Positions 48,361 through 60,578 of a DNA stretch of 64,000 nucleotides are shown here, piece by piece. Each line of letters opens with the position of its first letter. Within the stretch, counting starts at the first letter, position 1. A program made the translations under genes and the position numbers. Source of the DNA: Podarcis melisellensis (Eukaryota); the NCBI GenBank assembly GCA_964234715.1, contig OZ174280.1; one strand, written 5' to 3'. The notes under the pieces are model-generated. The model searched no databases and had not been told where the DNA came from. It saw only the letters and a list, made by a program, of their open reading frames with translations.

Positions 48361-51300
48361 CCACAAACTACTACTATAATAGACATGGCACAAAAGGAAA
48401 TGGAAATAGAAGAAGAAAGAAAGAAAGCAAATCCAGGCACCAAGTCTTAAAGTTACAACATGTCAGCTGTGTGAACAGTTTGGCATGGATGAGCTTCTCT
48501 AATGTTAAAGGCACGCATACATACAACCCAGCAGCTATCAGTGAGTCCCTGCCTTGTGATAGAGGCCAGAGTGCTCTTCATTTTAACTCTGCCGTCTCAG
48601 GGCAACATTACTTCTAAAAACAAAACATTGGCTGTGGTGGTGTGGAGCTTTTAAAACTTTGCTGAGAATGCTCATGCTGCTACCCACCCACTCCCCACAC
48701 AGAGACACCCAGCTTTGATATCTGAAATGGCACCCCCAGCTGGGGATGCAACCAGGGATCGGAATTCAGCGCTCGAACCGATGTTCCACCTGAGCACCCT
48801 TCACATCCATCACTGTCAGATGTTACATCTCCGTGGCAATGTTTGCTTTGGAGCTGTCAGCTGGAAGGATCCACACACACACACTGCCAACTTGCACGAC
48901 GTTGCCTCACAAAGGGAGCCATTCTAATGGCAGGATAAATGGGTTCTTAATACAGTGGGGAAGCGTCAGTGCCATTCCTCATTGCTTACAACCTCCAGCC
49001 AGGCCTGGCTCCCGCTTGCTCATCCTTGCTTAATTACACTCTCCTGATATCTTCCTCTGCAGAATCACGAAGCCGACGTGCTTCACGAAGGAACGTGGAT
49101 TTAATTTGCATGAAGGGAAGCAGGGAAGGTTTGGAAGAAAACTTCACTTGCTTTCAAAGGCATAATATGGGCAGACCTGGCTGCAAATGCACTTAAATAA
49201 ATCCGTCAAACAGGCATTGGGTTTCAGCGGAAGACTTGTGGGGAAACCTTAGGAACAATGGGGTCCTAGAATAAGTGGGGTGGAGAAAGGGGGGGCAAGT
49301 CAGAGTGTGCAGTGAGCATCCCCACCAAATTTCGAATGGTGCTCCAATTTAGCATGATCAGACTGAACCATGCAAATTAAGACCATTTGCATATGCATTT
49401 ACATTGCTTCCCCTAGAAATGGATGGTAGACAAGGAGTTGTAATTAATATAGCACATTTCAAGTGCTCAAAGCACTTCACATTAATTATCTCAGCAATCC
49501 TGAGAAAGGCCCTGCAAGGCAGGGCGGTATAATTATCTTCCTCCCATAGCATATGGGGAGTGAAGTCTGAGAGCACGGTGCCTTGCCTAAGGGCCAAAGA
49601 GGGCAGAATGCAGGAAAGCCGCCAGGATAGGAGATCCCCTGGTGTCTTGCTTTGTTTAATTAGACAGCCATGTGCAGGGGTTTGGGTGTGGGGAGGGAGA
49701 CTTGGATCAGAGCTTCTCTCTCTGCTTGAAAGTCCTCACCTGCCATATAGGGATAATAATGTTGAGCCACCTTACAGAGTTGTTGTACTTTTATTATCCT
49801 GTAATCCTTACAACAGTGGTGCTTTTTACTGTGGACACCTTCCTTCTGTTGTGTTCCAGTGCCAAGACCTGTTCTTCCCATCCTTATTTGCCTAGACCCA
49901 AAGGCTTATTTTGTGCAGCCTGATTTTAAAGGAAAGGTGTCTTTCTGCTAGGGTCATGCCCTAAGCAGTTTTACTAGTTTATTAAAAGCCTTTTAAAATC
50001 TCCCCTTACTTTCTTTGGATCTTAGTCCAAACCAGAACCAGAACCTCAAAGTTCAACAAGTGTTTTGCCCAGGCAGGTGCTGCCAAATTCTCCTCAAACT
50101 TCACTTCAGGCCAGGCAGCACAGATATTGTGACCCACCATGACAAATACAACCTAGAAGGGTCCCCTTGTTGCAGAGATGTTTCTAAGAGTGGTCCGATG
50201 GGGTGCAGGCTGAGCCCCAAAATGTTTTGTAAGCATGCCAAATGTTTCTGGTGGGTAATGAATTCAGGAGAATCTGAATTGGATTACTGGGTGGGTTATT
50301 TGGGGAAATAATTTAAGGTGACTTCAGTTTGAGATTATTTGGGGGCAAGTGAGGGGGAACTGAAGGTACAGCCGACTTGCAATTTTATGTTCCAGGGATA
50401 GCATGTAAAGCACAAATCATGTATATTCAAAACACATTGGGTTCAATGGCAGGTGGAATTGCCAAAGCCTTTTCTCTCCTTTCCACCCCCTTAATTTTAT
50501 TTTTCAAATGTGTAAAGCTAGGCTTGCCATAGCAGGAATACTGCAGAAATCGTAAAAATGTTTGGAAAGATCCAGACATATGTCAACCCATGTTGGCACT
50601 CTCCTTAGTTGTTGTTGTTGTTGTTGTTGTTGTGTGTATGCAGCTTAAGGCTACCTTGTGAGTTCATGGCTGCTGAAACGTCAAAGAAAGTGGGTATTTT
50701 CATCCTTGCTTGCCCTAACCACACAAATGATCACCAAATAAACTTTCCCAGGGGTCTTATCTGCAAGTTCCTTCACATTCCATTGTTCTAGGCCTGTTGC
50801 TTCTCATATGGAAAAAAGCCTGTGTCAGATAAAACCTTTACATGAAGGATGGAAACCAAGCCACTTATATTGAGAACACTATTGAGAACAAACCTAACAC
50901 AGGTTAGGCATGAGATAAGCTCACCAGAAATCAATATTTTCAATTGCTCCTAGGTCTAGTCTCTCTAGAGGTCCCCAGTTTTGGGTAAAAACCTGGACTG
51001 GAGCTGCTCCTGACTGTGGTGAATTGGAACTCATGAAACACAGGCTGAATTCCCTAATGGTACACCCTGGTCTTTGCACATAAATGAATATGCAATATCA
51101 AGAATGCCTAAGGTTTGAGTTTGAGCTCTTTTGCATCCAAAATGCATCAATCAATAGCAGTTTTGAGGCGTCAACTCAACCTCATTTGGCTCTGTGTCTC
51201 CTACTATCATACAGGCATCAACCTCTGAATATCTTTGCTTTGTAAATGCAGTGTAAGGTTTATTTCACTTCCTTGCCTTTGCAAGTCTGCATAAATCATC

Positions 51301-52049
51301 CTCTATGGCTGTACAACAATGGCTGCATTTACCAGAGGGAGTGAGTCACTAAGACCAGGAAGGGCTCACCAGGGGGCTCAACAAGAACTTGTTTTTACTG
51401 TTGCCTTCCTGATATTATAAAGGTCTTATTATGATCCCAAGAGACCCATGCTCCTTCTGATATGCCTGCGTGACTCACAGCAGGGCCATCGCCTGAAATA
51501 CTGTGAGAGAAGCGGGAGGAGGGTAAGAGGGCAGTGCCTCTGAAAGGAGAGCATTTTAACTGTGGGAAATTGCTTATGTTTTATTGTCTGTGTATTCAAT
51601 ACTTTAATAACATTTTATGAAGTGACTAGTGGCCAGTTCCTTGCCAATCATCCCAGCCCCCTCTGTAGTGGTCCAGAACAGTAAAATTTGGAAATATATG
51701 TGTAAATAAACACCCTTGTCCCTCTTCTTAGCCAACTGGATACACAGGGTGACTATAAATCTAAAAGCAACCACAATAAAGCTAAAAGCACAACTCACGT
51801 GTGCCCCTTGAGAGAGAAACACATAAAATTACCCCACTTTTAGCTTTACACGTGGAGGAAGCCATGGCCCTCTTTTGGACAACTCACATCAGTGAGGTGG
51901 ACAAAAAGATATTTTTACATTTATACCATGCCATGCATGAAGGTATTCAACCTGATCAGGTAGCCTCGGTTAGGCAGACACCCCTTTTCAGATGCCAAGA
52001 GGGATTTTTGGCCCTGCTTCAGGCAAATATTGGTGTCAGTGGAGGGATT

Positions 52050-52920
52050 TTGCGTGGCCAGGTGGAGACCCCCCTGACCCCAGGTGACCCCTCAGGAGGA
52101 ATAATGACTCATGACAACGTGTTATGGGATTAAAATTGGCCACAACTTTATTAAACTTTCAGATGTAGGGAGACCTTGGCTTAGGCATTGGTCGTTCATT
52201 TCTCCCATTCCCCGTCCGGGGATCTGGGGAACATCAGGGTTATCCAAACTGTGTGGGGATTGGGCTGGCATTGGAGAATGTCTCTTCAAGCAGAGAGGCT
52301 GCCCACCCATTTTGACGCAACACAGGGGAGAGCACTGACAACCTAATGGTGTATGGCCAGTGGCTCCCTGCCACATAACCCCTTTAATGGGAGACCCTGG
52401 GATCACTGCCGCAGGGGGAGCGAGGGTCACCATTTCATGCCCCACCCCCACTTTAGGGAAGACAGACTAAAGGATTCTGCCCAAGGCCTGAAAGTTGCGA
52501 CGTTTTTGCTATGGGGAAGGCAAAACCTGCCAATGCAGGGAAATTCCTTCCCACTCCCTCAACAGCAACCATCAATGACCGTAGCAGCACCCACATACCT
52601 GTAAAGAAGGGGTTAACCTGCAAAAGGAAGGTATAAACTGAGGGAGGGCCGAGTGGGAAAAGCTCTGGAGCCGACTGAGGACTCCCAGGTAAGTCCCACC
52701 CTATATTGTGTCTGCAGGGTGGTCCTAACCCTACCTGGTCCATTTCCCTGGCAAAACCTCCCCAGCTGGGATTGGCTAACTGTCTGAGGTTAGGCGGGAA
52801 CCTCCAGGTATCCAGCTTGGGGAGGCAAAGCCAGGCTGAACTGCCAGGTGTCAGGTGGCTGTGCGTGACCCCGCAGAAAGCACACACCCCCATTTGAGGT
52901 GGGGAGCAGTCATTCCACAA
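52050..52920 (-). mobile_element. Element B: LTR-like solo repeat without TSD (possibly DIRS/Ngaro type)
   Basis: - strand starts ttgtggaatgactgct; CCAAT and TATA-like motifs; structured module; AATAAAGTTGTGGCC (AATAAA at 52147-52152); ends ccacgcaa; homologous to element A. Confidence 0.6.
52507..52586 (-). ncRNA. Structured cis-RNA module with U-rich internal loop (ENE-like), copy B
   Basis: TGCTACG/CATAGCA, GGGAAGG/CCTTCCC and CCTGC/GCAGG helices; loop AATTTC / TTTTG. Confidence 0.5.
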
Positions 52921-54634
52921 GAGAACAGGAAGGGAAGGAAGGGCTAAACTCCTCCCTCCATGCCTGCTTTAAGCCCATTATTTACCATAGCTCCAAACTT
53001 TAAAACAACAGCAACTTGCGCTTTAGAGACAAAGGTGCATTTAACACCAGGTGTAGTTTGGCCCTTAAAAGGAAGGAATGCGAACACCAAAGAAACGTGT
53101 CTGCTGCATAGCAGTTGTGGGTAAAATACACCACTGTGTATTTTTTTAATGATAGGCAACAGTGAGAAGCTGTCACTTGTAAGTGGAGGAATGTCAGGGC
53201 AGAGGGGCTGCTCAATCCTTTCAGTTAAATTCCCCATCTCCAGAGTATGTTTCTATTTGAGGGTGGGGGAGAAAAAGGAAGTGGGTGTCATTTTCTGCAA
53301 AAGAGCAGTCCAGTCCCACAATTCCTCAACTCACGACTGCAATCCCTCGTGGAAAGCTCACAAAAAGGAAAGGAAGCCATGTTGGTCTATTAGAAGAAGA
53401 AAAATCCAAACTCCCCAGTCAGGCAATCCAGTTGGGGCCAAGCAAAATGTCACAAAATAGCGAGCCACATTCTGAGTCCTTCACAGCTCTTCATCAGGCT
53501 GTATATTGAGGGGGTGGAGGAAGGAAAGGAGGAAACCTGGCTTGATGCTGTAGCTGCAGAAGTAAGCAGAAAGGCTTTGACAGAAACAAGAGATAAACCA
53601 AGGCAGTGTCTGTCCAAAAAGAAACACTTAACAGCTCCTTGAAAAACTACAGTAATGTCTGTCTCCAGCCATTATAGTTTCCCAGTACAGTTTTGCAATT
53701 CTGTGGTGCAAAAAAACCCCTCAACCAACCAAACAAAAAACCACATAGGAAGAATCAGCTGAGCACCCTTCCTTCAGATGATGCCTTGTTAAACTTTCAG
53801 CATGAAGGCTTAAGCATCCACTGACTTAGGCAAGAGATGGATAGGACAGATAGAGGACGGCCGGCATATTAATGGCTCAGATAGGACAAACAAACAGCAT
53901 TGATAGGGAAACAAGACAGAGAGGAAGTGAGCTGAGAGACACACTCATGGATAGCTGAATAAGCAGGGCAGAGACGGAGTAGAGAGGATAGATTGGCACA
54001 GTTACAGAAATCATAGTGGATGCCACACGAAGCTGACATATCTTGATCCCACACAGGCAAGGACACACTTGATAATTCAGCAGGATAAACTCCTCAAGCA
54101 CTTGATACATGTTTGTCATTTTCTGCTTTGAAGGCATCTTTCTTTCTGGCAGGAAAAGTAATCTGAGCACAATTCCTTTTGCTTGTCACTTTGGGGAAGT
54201 GGCCTGCGAGAGGCCAGCCAGAGATTTGTAGGGAAGGCCAGTTAAACCGAAGGCACCGAAGGTTCTCAAAATGGAGAGCAACTGTCCTCGGAGATACTCA
54301 AGGCACAGTCATGTGTGACAGGCATGCGCCACATGTGTGCTGTGTGCAGGCAGGATCTTCTTGTGCCAGTCCTTTTGGTTGTGGCGAAAGAAGTGCTGGT
54401 GGAGAGGTGCTGATGATGACACCCAAAGCATAGGTAACCTCATAGGCCGTAATACAGGTCATCTATTTGTCATCTGCAAGGCCAAACCTCCCATTCATGC
54501 ATGGTATTTCCTGCTGGCAGATTTTACAGTCCCAGTAATCAAAGAAGAACTGTAAAGCACCTCCTCTACAATGAAAGGTTACAACATTTAGGACTTTTTC
54601 ATTTGGGGAAAAAGACCAAATAAGAAGGGACATT

Positions 54635-55070
54635 GGAAGAGGTTATAAAATCAGGTATGTTGTGGATAAAGTAGATAGGGAGAAGGTCTTCACCCTCTCA
54701 CATAGCCCTAGAACTCAATTGAGCTAAATGATGAGAGATGCAGCATAGAAAGCAATAGCATCTTGTTAAACTATGGACATTTGCCGCTAGAAGATGCATT
54801 GATGGGCACCAACCTGTATGGCTTTAAAAGGGGATTATACACATTCATGGAAGACAAGAAGGCTATGAATGGCCATTAGCCATGATGGCTATGAACTACA
54901 TCCAACTTCGCAGGAAGGATGCATCTGAATGCCAGTTGCTGAGAAGCACAAGAGGGCAGAGGGCAGTTGGGCTCATGTTGGGCTTGTGGGCTTCCCATAA
55001 GCATCTGGGAGTACATGATGCTGGACGAGATGGGCCTCTGCTCTGGTCAACCAGAGCTCTTCAAGAATGT
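54635..55070 (+). mobile_element. Old CR1 3' fragment
   Basis: gatgggcaccaacctgtatggctttaaaaggggattatacacattcatgga...gatgctggacgagatgggcc...atgttctt. Confidence 0.75.
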
Positions 55071-57804
55071 TCTTGTAGCAGAAACAGGAGATTAAATGAT
55101 TTTACATGGTACTTGGGCTGTGATTGGTGTGATTCATCACAGTTTAATTTTGTTTAACTGATGTGCTTCTCATCCTTTAAATAGCTTCACTGAAGTGATT
55201 TACACAGATCTCTCAGAACCCCTAGCCAAGCACATAAGGTCTGTGCTTCCTAGCTTCTCTGTTAAGGTAAGGTTAGGTACACCCAGAGCAACCATTGGGC
55301 AGGCCTGACTTAAAATAATATGTTGCCATTTATCCTCTTTTCTTTCTTTCCTACTATAAACTTGGTTGTTCCTTTCTGCTGGCTGTGGACTCTCTAGCAC
55401 AGCAGCATTGTGAATGAATTACCACTGTTCTGGTTGTAAGGGCACTGCTATTAGATGAATCATCAAGATTTTGCATCCCACCCTGGTTGGAGGGCAACTG
55501 GAGACATTAGCCATTCCATTATTTCATTCTTCCTACTTTAAATTCCTCTGGCCTTTTCAATTAGCTTTGTTATCTGCTTCCACCACTTTCTATGCTAAAT
55601 TCTTGTACAATTTCTATCCAAACTGTATGACACACAGGAGTGATTGCATTTTATTTAACATTAGAATTGCCACTGAATTTCATCTAAAGCAAAGTCAATA
55701 AGAGAAGGGCCCAACACACATAAAATCCAAGGAGTTTTGATAAGACCAAAGGGAGGTTTGACACATACATGTTTAACATGGTGCAAAACAATCTCTTTAA
55801 CTCTTTTTAACTACACAAAAGATATACGTGCAACTCGGTTAATTGTTTTTCAAAAGACTTGGAGCTCCTCAAGTTTCTGGAGGTGTGGCATCTTCTGGCC
55901 AGACCCTGACATGCTGTGGCAGTAAATAAATATTAGGATGTGGCCTCCCTATTACCCAGTATAACATGCTAAATCATGGTATTTTGCTGCTGCTGCTGCT
56001 GCATTACTCAGTGCCAAGCTTCGAGTTATGCAGGTTTACACTATACCAAAAGCACCCTAAACTGTTTGTTCCCCATCCAGGCTTTGAAAACCTCCAAAGA
56101 AAATGGTTCCATAACTTCAATTCATGCTTTCCAGTAGCACAAATTTTCCCTGAGTGTGTCCCAGTGTTGGAGAGACAGCTAGGTTGTGCCTGTATTACAG
56201 TATCTGCAAGCCCTGGAGCATTTCCTGTGAATTCAGAGATGACACTGAAGAATTGGCCAAACCTGGACCACCTTTTTCCCACCATGCATGTTCTACTGCC
56301 TGTTCTGTCAAGCGCCACCTTTGACTCCCAGGATCTATTCCTTGTCTCAGGATCTGAGCTTCAGGATATCTGACATTCTTACAGAGTGGTACTGTCTTGT
56401 TTTGCTGCTTTCAGTAAGATGTCCTCTGCTTCCCGGGACTTTCCTCCAAGAATGGAGATTCAGAGCCCTGGGTCATAAGACCTGGCTGATGGGAGGAAGG
56501 TTGAAGGTGGCTGCATGGCTACCAAAGCTGGCTTTTAGTCCTGGAGTTTCTTCAGAACTGTCTGTGACTTTCCTTTCCATTCCAAGTGCTAATTTATCCT
56601 CAGGAAATTCAGAAAGTGCAAAACCTCCCAGAATTTTTTTTTCATATGCTATATCAAAACCCTTTATTCCCCTTCCTTCAAAATTCCTCAGATGTTATGC
56701 TTGAGGGGGAACCTCTAAGTTCACAGCAAAATTTCGCTTGAGGCAGAATTCAGCAGTAGATCAGGTACTGATGAATTGCTCATATAATTTCGATATTTTC
56801 TTCTAGTATTCAAAATCTACGTTCTGGCAATTTAAACCCATTGCTGCTGCTTTTTTCCTTAGGAGAAAATGAGAACACTCTTCCTCCATTTTATCCTAGC
56901 AATTGTGCATGCAATAGTCCGTTTCCTATTTCATTGCTGGAAGGCACCCAAATCCCGAGCCCCAATAGAGGACTAAAGATGCCCCCTCATCTGAATCTTA
57001 TTGGGAGCAAGTTGGGTGTGGCAAATTCACCCCCATACCATTGCATGGGAGCAACATTGTGTGAAAGTCAAATGGAACCTGAGCAGAAGTTTGTAAGCAC
57101 ATAGCTTTGGAACAAGAAAATACTTTTTCAATTAGGTGTCACAGGAGAGTCACCCATTATGTTCCCATTTATAAATCTTTTTTTTAGGGTGGGAATTGAT
57201 ATATGATTAATGGATGTTTAATGAAGGGTTGATCAATAACTATGGATTGTTCTGGAGCTCTGTGTGTTGTTTACAACTGTGACTTACAACCGTCTGTGGC
57301 ATGTCATAGGGATGTGCTAATTATGCATTCTTTTCACGCAGCCTTAATATGCATGACCAGGTTTGGATTAAGCTGATTCAACGACAGGTAGAAATCTACT
57401 GTTATGAGTATTAGGCAGTCACCTTCCTGTGCAGGAAGTTTTTTCTAACTGTACCGGTTAACAATTGATTTATACCTCATATGACAAGAGTTTTTGAAAT
57501 CCTTTAGACATATCAACAGTTTAAACATCCACAGTAGCTGTTTTTCTTATCCATATCAATGTCGGAGAATTGCAGAAAACTCTTGGCAACGAAGTGTAGG
57601 GATTTGTATGCAGATAATGACAATTTGTCAGGCGGAAAAGGCCTTCAGTAATCTTCATATTTAGGTTAACTGAGAGGAAAAAATACTGATTTGCTGTGTG
57701 GTTGTGATACAAACAGTGAAATGTGAAGTCTGGCACCAGCTGCATCCAATAATTGAGAATCTCATTGTCCTCTTAAAAAGAGCAGAAACAATGAGATTTC
57801 TAAT

Positions 57805-58402
57805 ATATATATAATAATAAAAAGTCCAGTAGCACCTTAGAGACCAACTAAGTTTGTTCATGGTGTAAGCTTTCGTGTGCATGCACACTTCTTCAGATAC
57901 ATTGAAACAGAAGTCACCAGACCCTTATATATAGTGGGAGGGTGGGTTTTTCTCAGGAGGGTAAGAGGAGATGGGTGATTGACTCAATGGGTATGGAGTG
58001 CATGCACATGAAAGCTCATACCAATAACAAACTTAGTTGGTCTCTAAGGTGCTACTGGAAGGATTTTTTTTTATTCTGTTGACAACTGTTAACGACTGCA
58101 ATTAGTCCTACAAGAAAAAGCAAGGGATAGTATGCAGATGATTAGCATATGTAATGAGACAGGAATCCAATATCTTTATTAAGACCAGGTCTCTCCATAG
58201 TTTTCAGTTTAGTGATAAGTTGTAATTCAGGAACTCCAGGACATTCAATACAGGATCTCAAAGCTGTCTTATTACAAAAGAATTTCAGAAACAGACTTGA
58301 AAGAAAAGTTGCATGCACACGAAAGCTTATACCAAGAGCAAACTTTGTTGGTCTCTAAGGTGTTACTGCATCAGACCAACCTGGCTACCTACCTGAATTT
58401 AG
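57805..58402. mobile_element. Rearranged Penelope-like element with GIY-YIG C-terminal remnant and three pseudo-LTR pieces
   Basis: PGHSIQDLKAVLLQKNFRNRLERKVA (+, 58236-58313) and ELQLITKLKTMERPGLNKDIGFLSHYIC* (-, 58228-58142); 18-bp TSD aacaatgagatttctaat (57787-57804 / 58403-58420). Confidence 0.9.
57863..57900 (-). ncRNA. Minimal type I hammerhead ribozyme motif
   Basis: - strand GTAT-CTGAAGA-A-GTGTGC-AT-GCACAC-GAAA-GC-TT-ACAC: intact core, perfect stem II, palindromic stem III AAGCTT, one stem I mismatch. Confidence 0.75.
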
Positions 58403-59454
58403 AACAATGAGATTTCTAATCTTTGTGGCTCTTGAGGAAACTATAAAAGTTCAAAGGTGAAGCTAGCTGGAGCTGAAACCCAGCAATAATCTCAGTAGGA
58501 CCCAGAGGTGGACTTAGGGGAGCCCAATGACGAACAACAGAAGGTGAGAGGCGGGTGGGTGCTGAATTTTGGCATCACACAGGCCATGCCAAAATCTGAA
58601 AGCCCAAAGTCCAATGACTGGTGAGATTTTGCAAAGGACAAGGAAAGTATTTCTTAGGCCTGTGGCCTAGCATTGCAACAGGCTGCAATAAAGGTCCAAG
58701 TCTGAGGCCCACGATGGTCAAACGTGCCAGAGGCACTGTCACAGAAAGGGTGGAGGTCAGCAGATCAGGCAGGTGAAAATAAGGCATGCTAAACTGCTAC
58801 TCTATGCACTGAGTTTCTCCAACCGAAGACCTAACATGGAAACATAGTTGAATATAGCCTGGATAGTGGGGATGAAGAAGAGGAGGATGGCAGAATTGGG
58901 TACCACAAAGAGAATAGACCAGTGGCCAGTCCCATGATGAGGGCCCCCTAATGGCAGCTCTGGCTGGCTGCTACAGTTCCCGATTTGAGATATATCCCTC
59001 CCTGGCACCTTGCCTTCATCCATCTTATCCCCTCCTTCTGACTTCTACCTCTGATTCTTGCTGCCTGCCAATATTGCCTCCTGTCCTTGCTGCCCCTATG
59101 CTAGCACACTGTTCTGAAATTAGAAAAGATGACCTAGTGTGGAATGAGGGAAGTTTCAAATAAATAAAACAAACACGCAACTATGGGTGGTCATGCTCAT
59201 TGCATTATTGTCATTTACTAATCTTGTCGATGGTGATCTTATAAAATGTTCTGTACAATCCAAGGAAGTATGTTCCATTGTGTTCAAGGAGCTTTACTCT
59301 CAGGTAAATGTATAGGATTGCAGCCTTTTTTCACTTGTAATCCTGTCCCACTGAACTGATACATCCTCTCTCTTTTGAGCTGGAGAGTAAAAACAGAAGC
59401 AATATTTTTGTTTGGTATTTAACTATCACAAACTCTTGCTCACAGAATGTTATA

Positions 59455-59696
59455 CAGTGGTACCTCGGGTTACAGATGCTTCAGGTTACAGATGCTTCAG
59501 GTTATAGACTCCACTAACCCAGAAATAGTACCTCAGGTTAAGAACTTTGCTTCAGGATGAGAACAGAAATTGCGTCGCAGCGTCGCGGCAGCAGCAGGAG
59601 GCCCCATTAGCTAAAGTGGTGCTTCAGGTTAAGAACAGTTTCAGGTTAAGAACGGACCTCCAGAATGAATTATGTTCTTAACCCGGGGTACCACTG
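59455..59696. mobile_element. Tc1/mariner-pogo MITE
   Basis: Same family as 5135-5365; TA TSD. Confidence 0.92.
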
Positions 59697-60578
59697 TATT
59701 TGTTTACTTTATGAAGGCATTTCTTCAGCAACTGTTTTGAGCATGATCTGTACCCAAATCCTGAATCCTGCCCTGAGTAAAACACAGGGCTTTTGCCTGT
59801 GTATCATTACCTAAATATGCACTAACCATTTCAGTCAATCAGAACCAGGTTTCTTAAGGGGAGGTTGACCCCAATTGAGCTAAAAGCACTTGCACTCATG
59901 CCTCATTGAAATCAATGTGAATTCAGTCTTTCAGTCACTGCGTATGTGCCCTGCATTTCTGTATACAGTACACTGAAAAGCAGACATTTATCCCCTAGTG
60001 TTTTTAGATTAAATATTCTTCTTCTGCATCCCTGTCCAGTGCCATGGTTTCTCCCTGCTCTGTTTCTTTGTTTAAGGTCCAAAATCCTGCTCCACCATTC
60101 CAGAGCATACTGCTGCACCCACATGAAAACGGGGTGTGATATTCTCTTTATTTCTCAGAGGGCCGTAATACAAAGCTGGCAGACTGGACTCTGCATTGGA
60201 GAAGGTTTTCCTTTGCTAAGCTCATGCACTGCATTGCTTTGGGAACATGCATACTTCCTGCCTCTGGTCCTTGGACTTCGTTTGTGGCTGCTGGAACTCA
60301 ATCACTTGCCTGTCTCAGGTGGCGTTACCTGCCTCTTGCACCTTGGACTAAGCTTGCCATTGTAATGCGATAGCTTGCTTCTGTTGTTGATATCCACCTC
60401 TGAAACTTGACTCTCGTTTGCTTGCCCCTGGACCACTCCTCTGACCCCATGGGCCAGCAATCAGTACCCCTACAACCTAATTGACCCTGAAATCTGACTG
60501 CTGGGGGTGTGTCTGACTCCTGCAGAGCTCTGGCACAACTCTGGTTAAAAGTGTTTAGGTGTAGATATGTTCAAAGAG

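Noticed and set aside
53870-54570. Exon-like composition on the - strand
   Set aside because: The frames I translated are interrupted by stops, and the listed ORFs match no protein I recognise.
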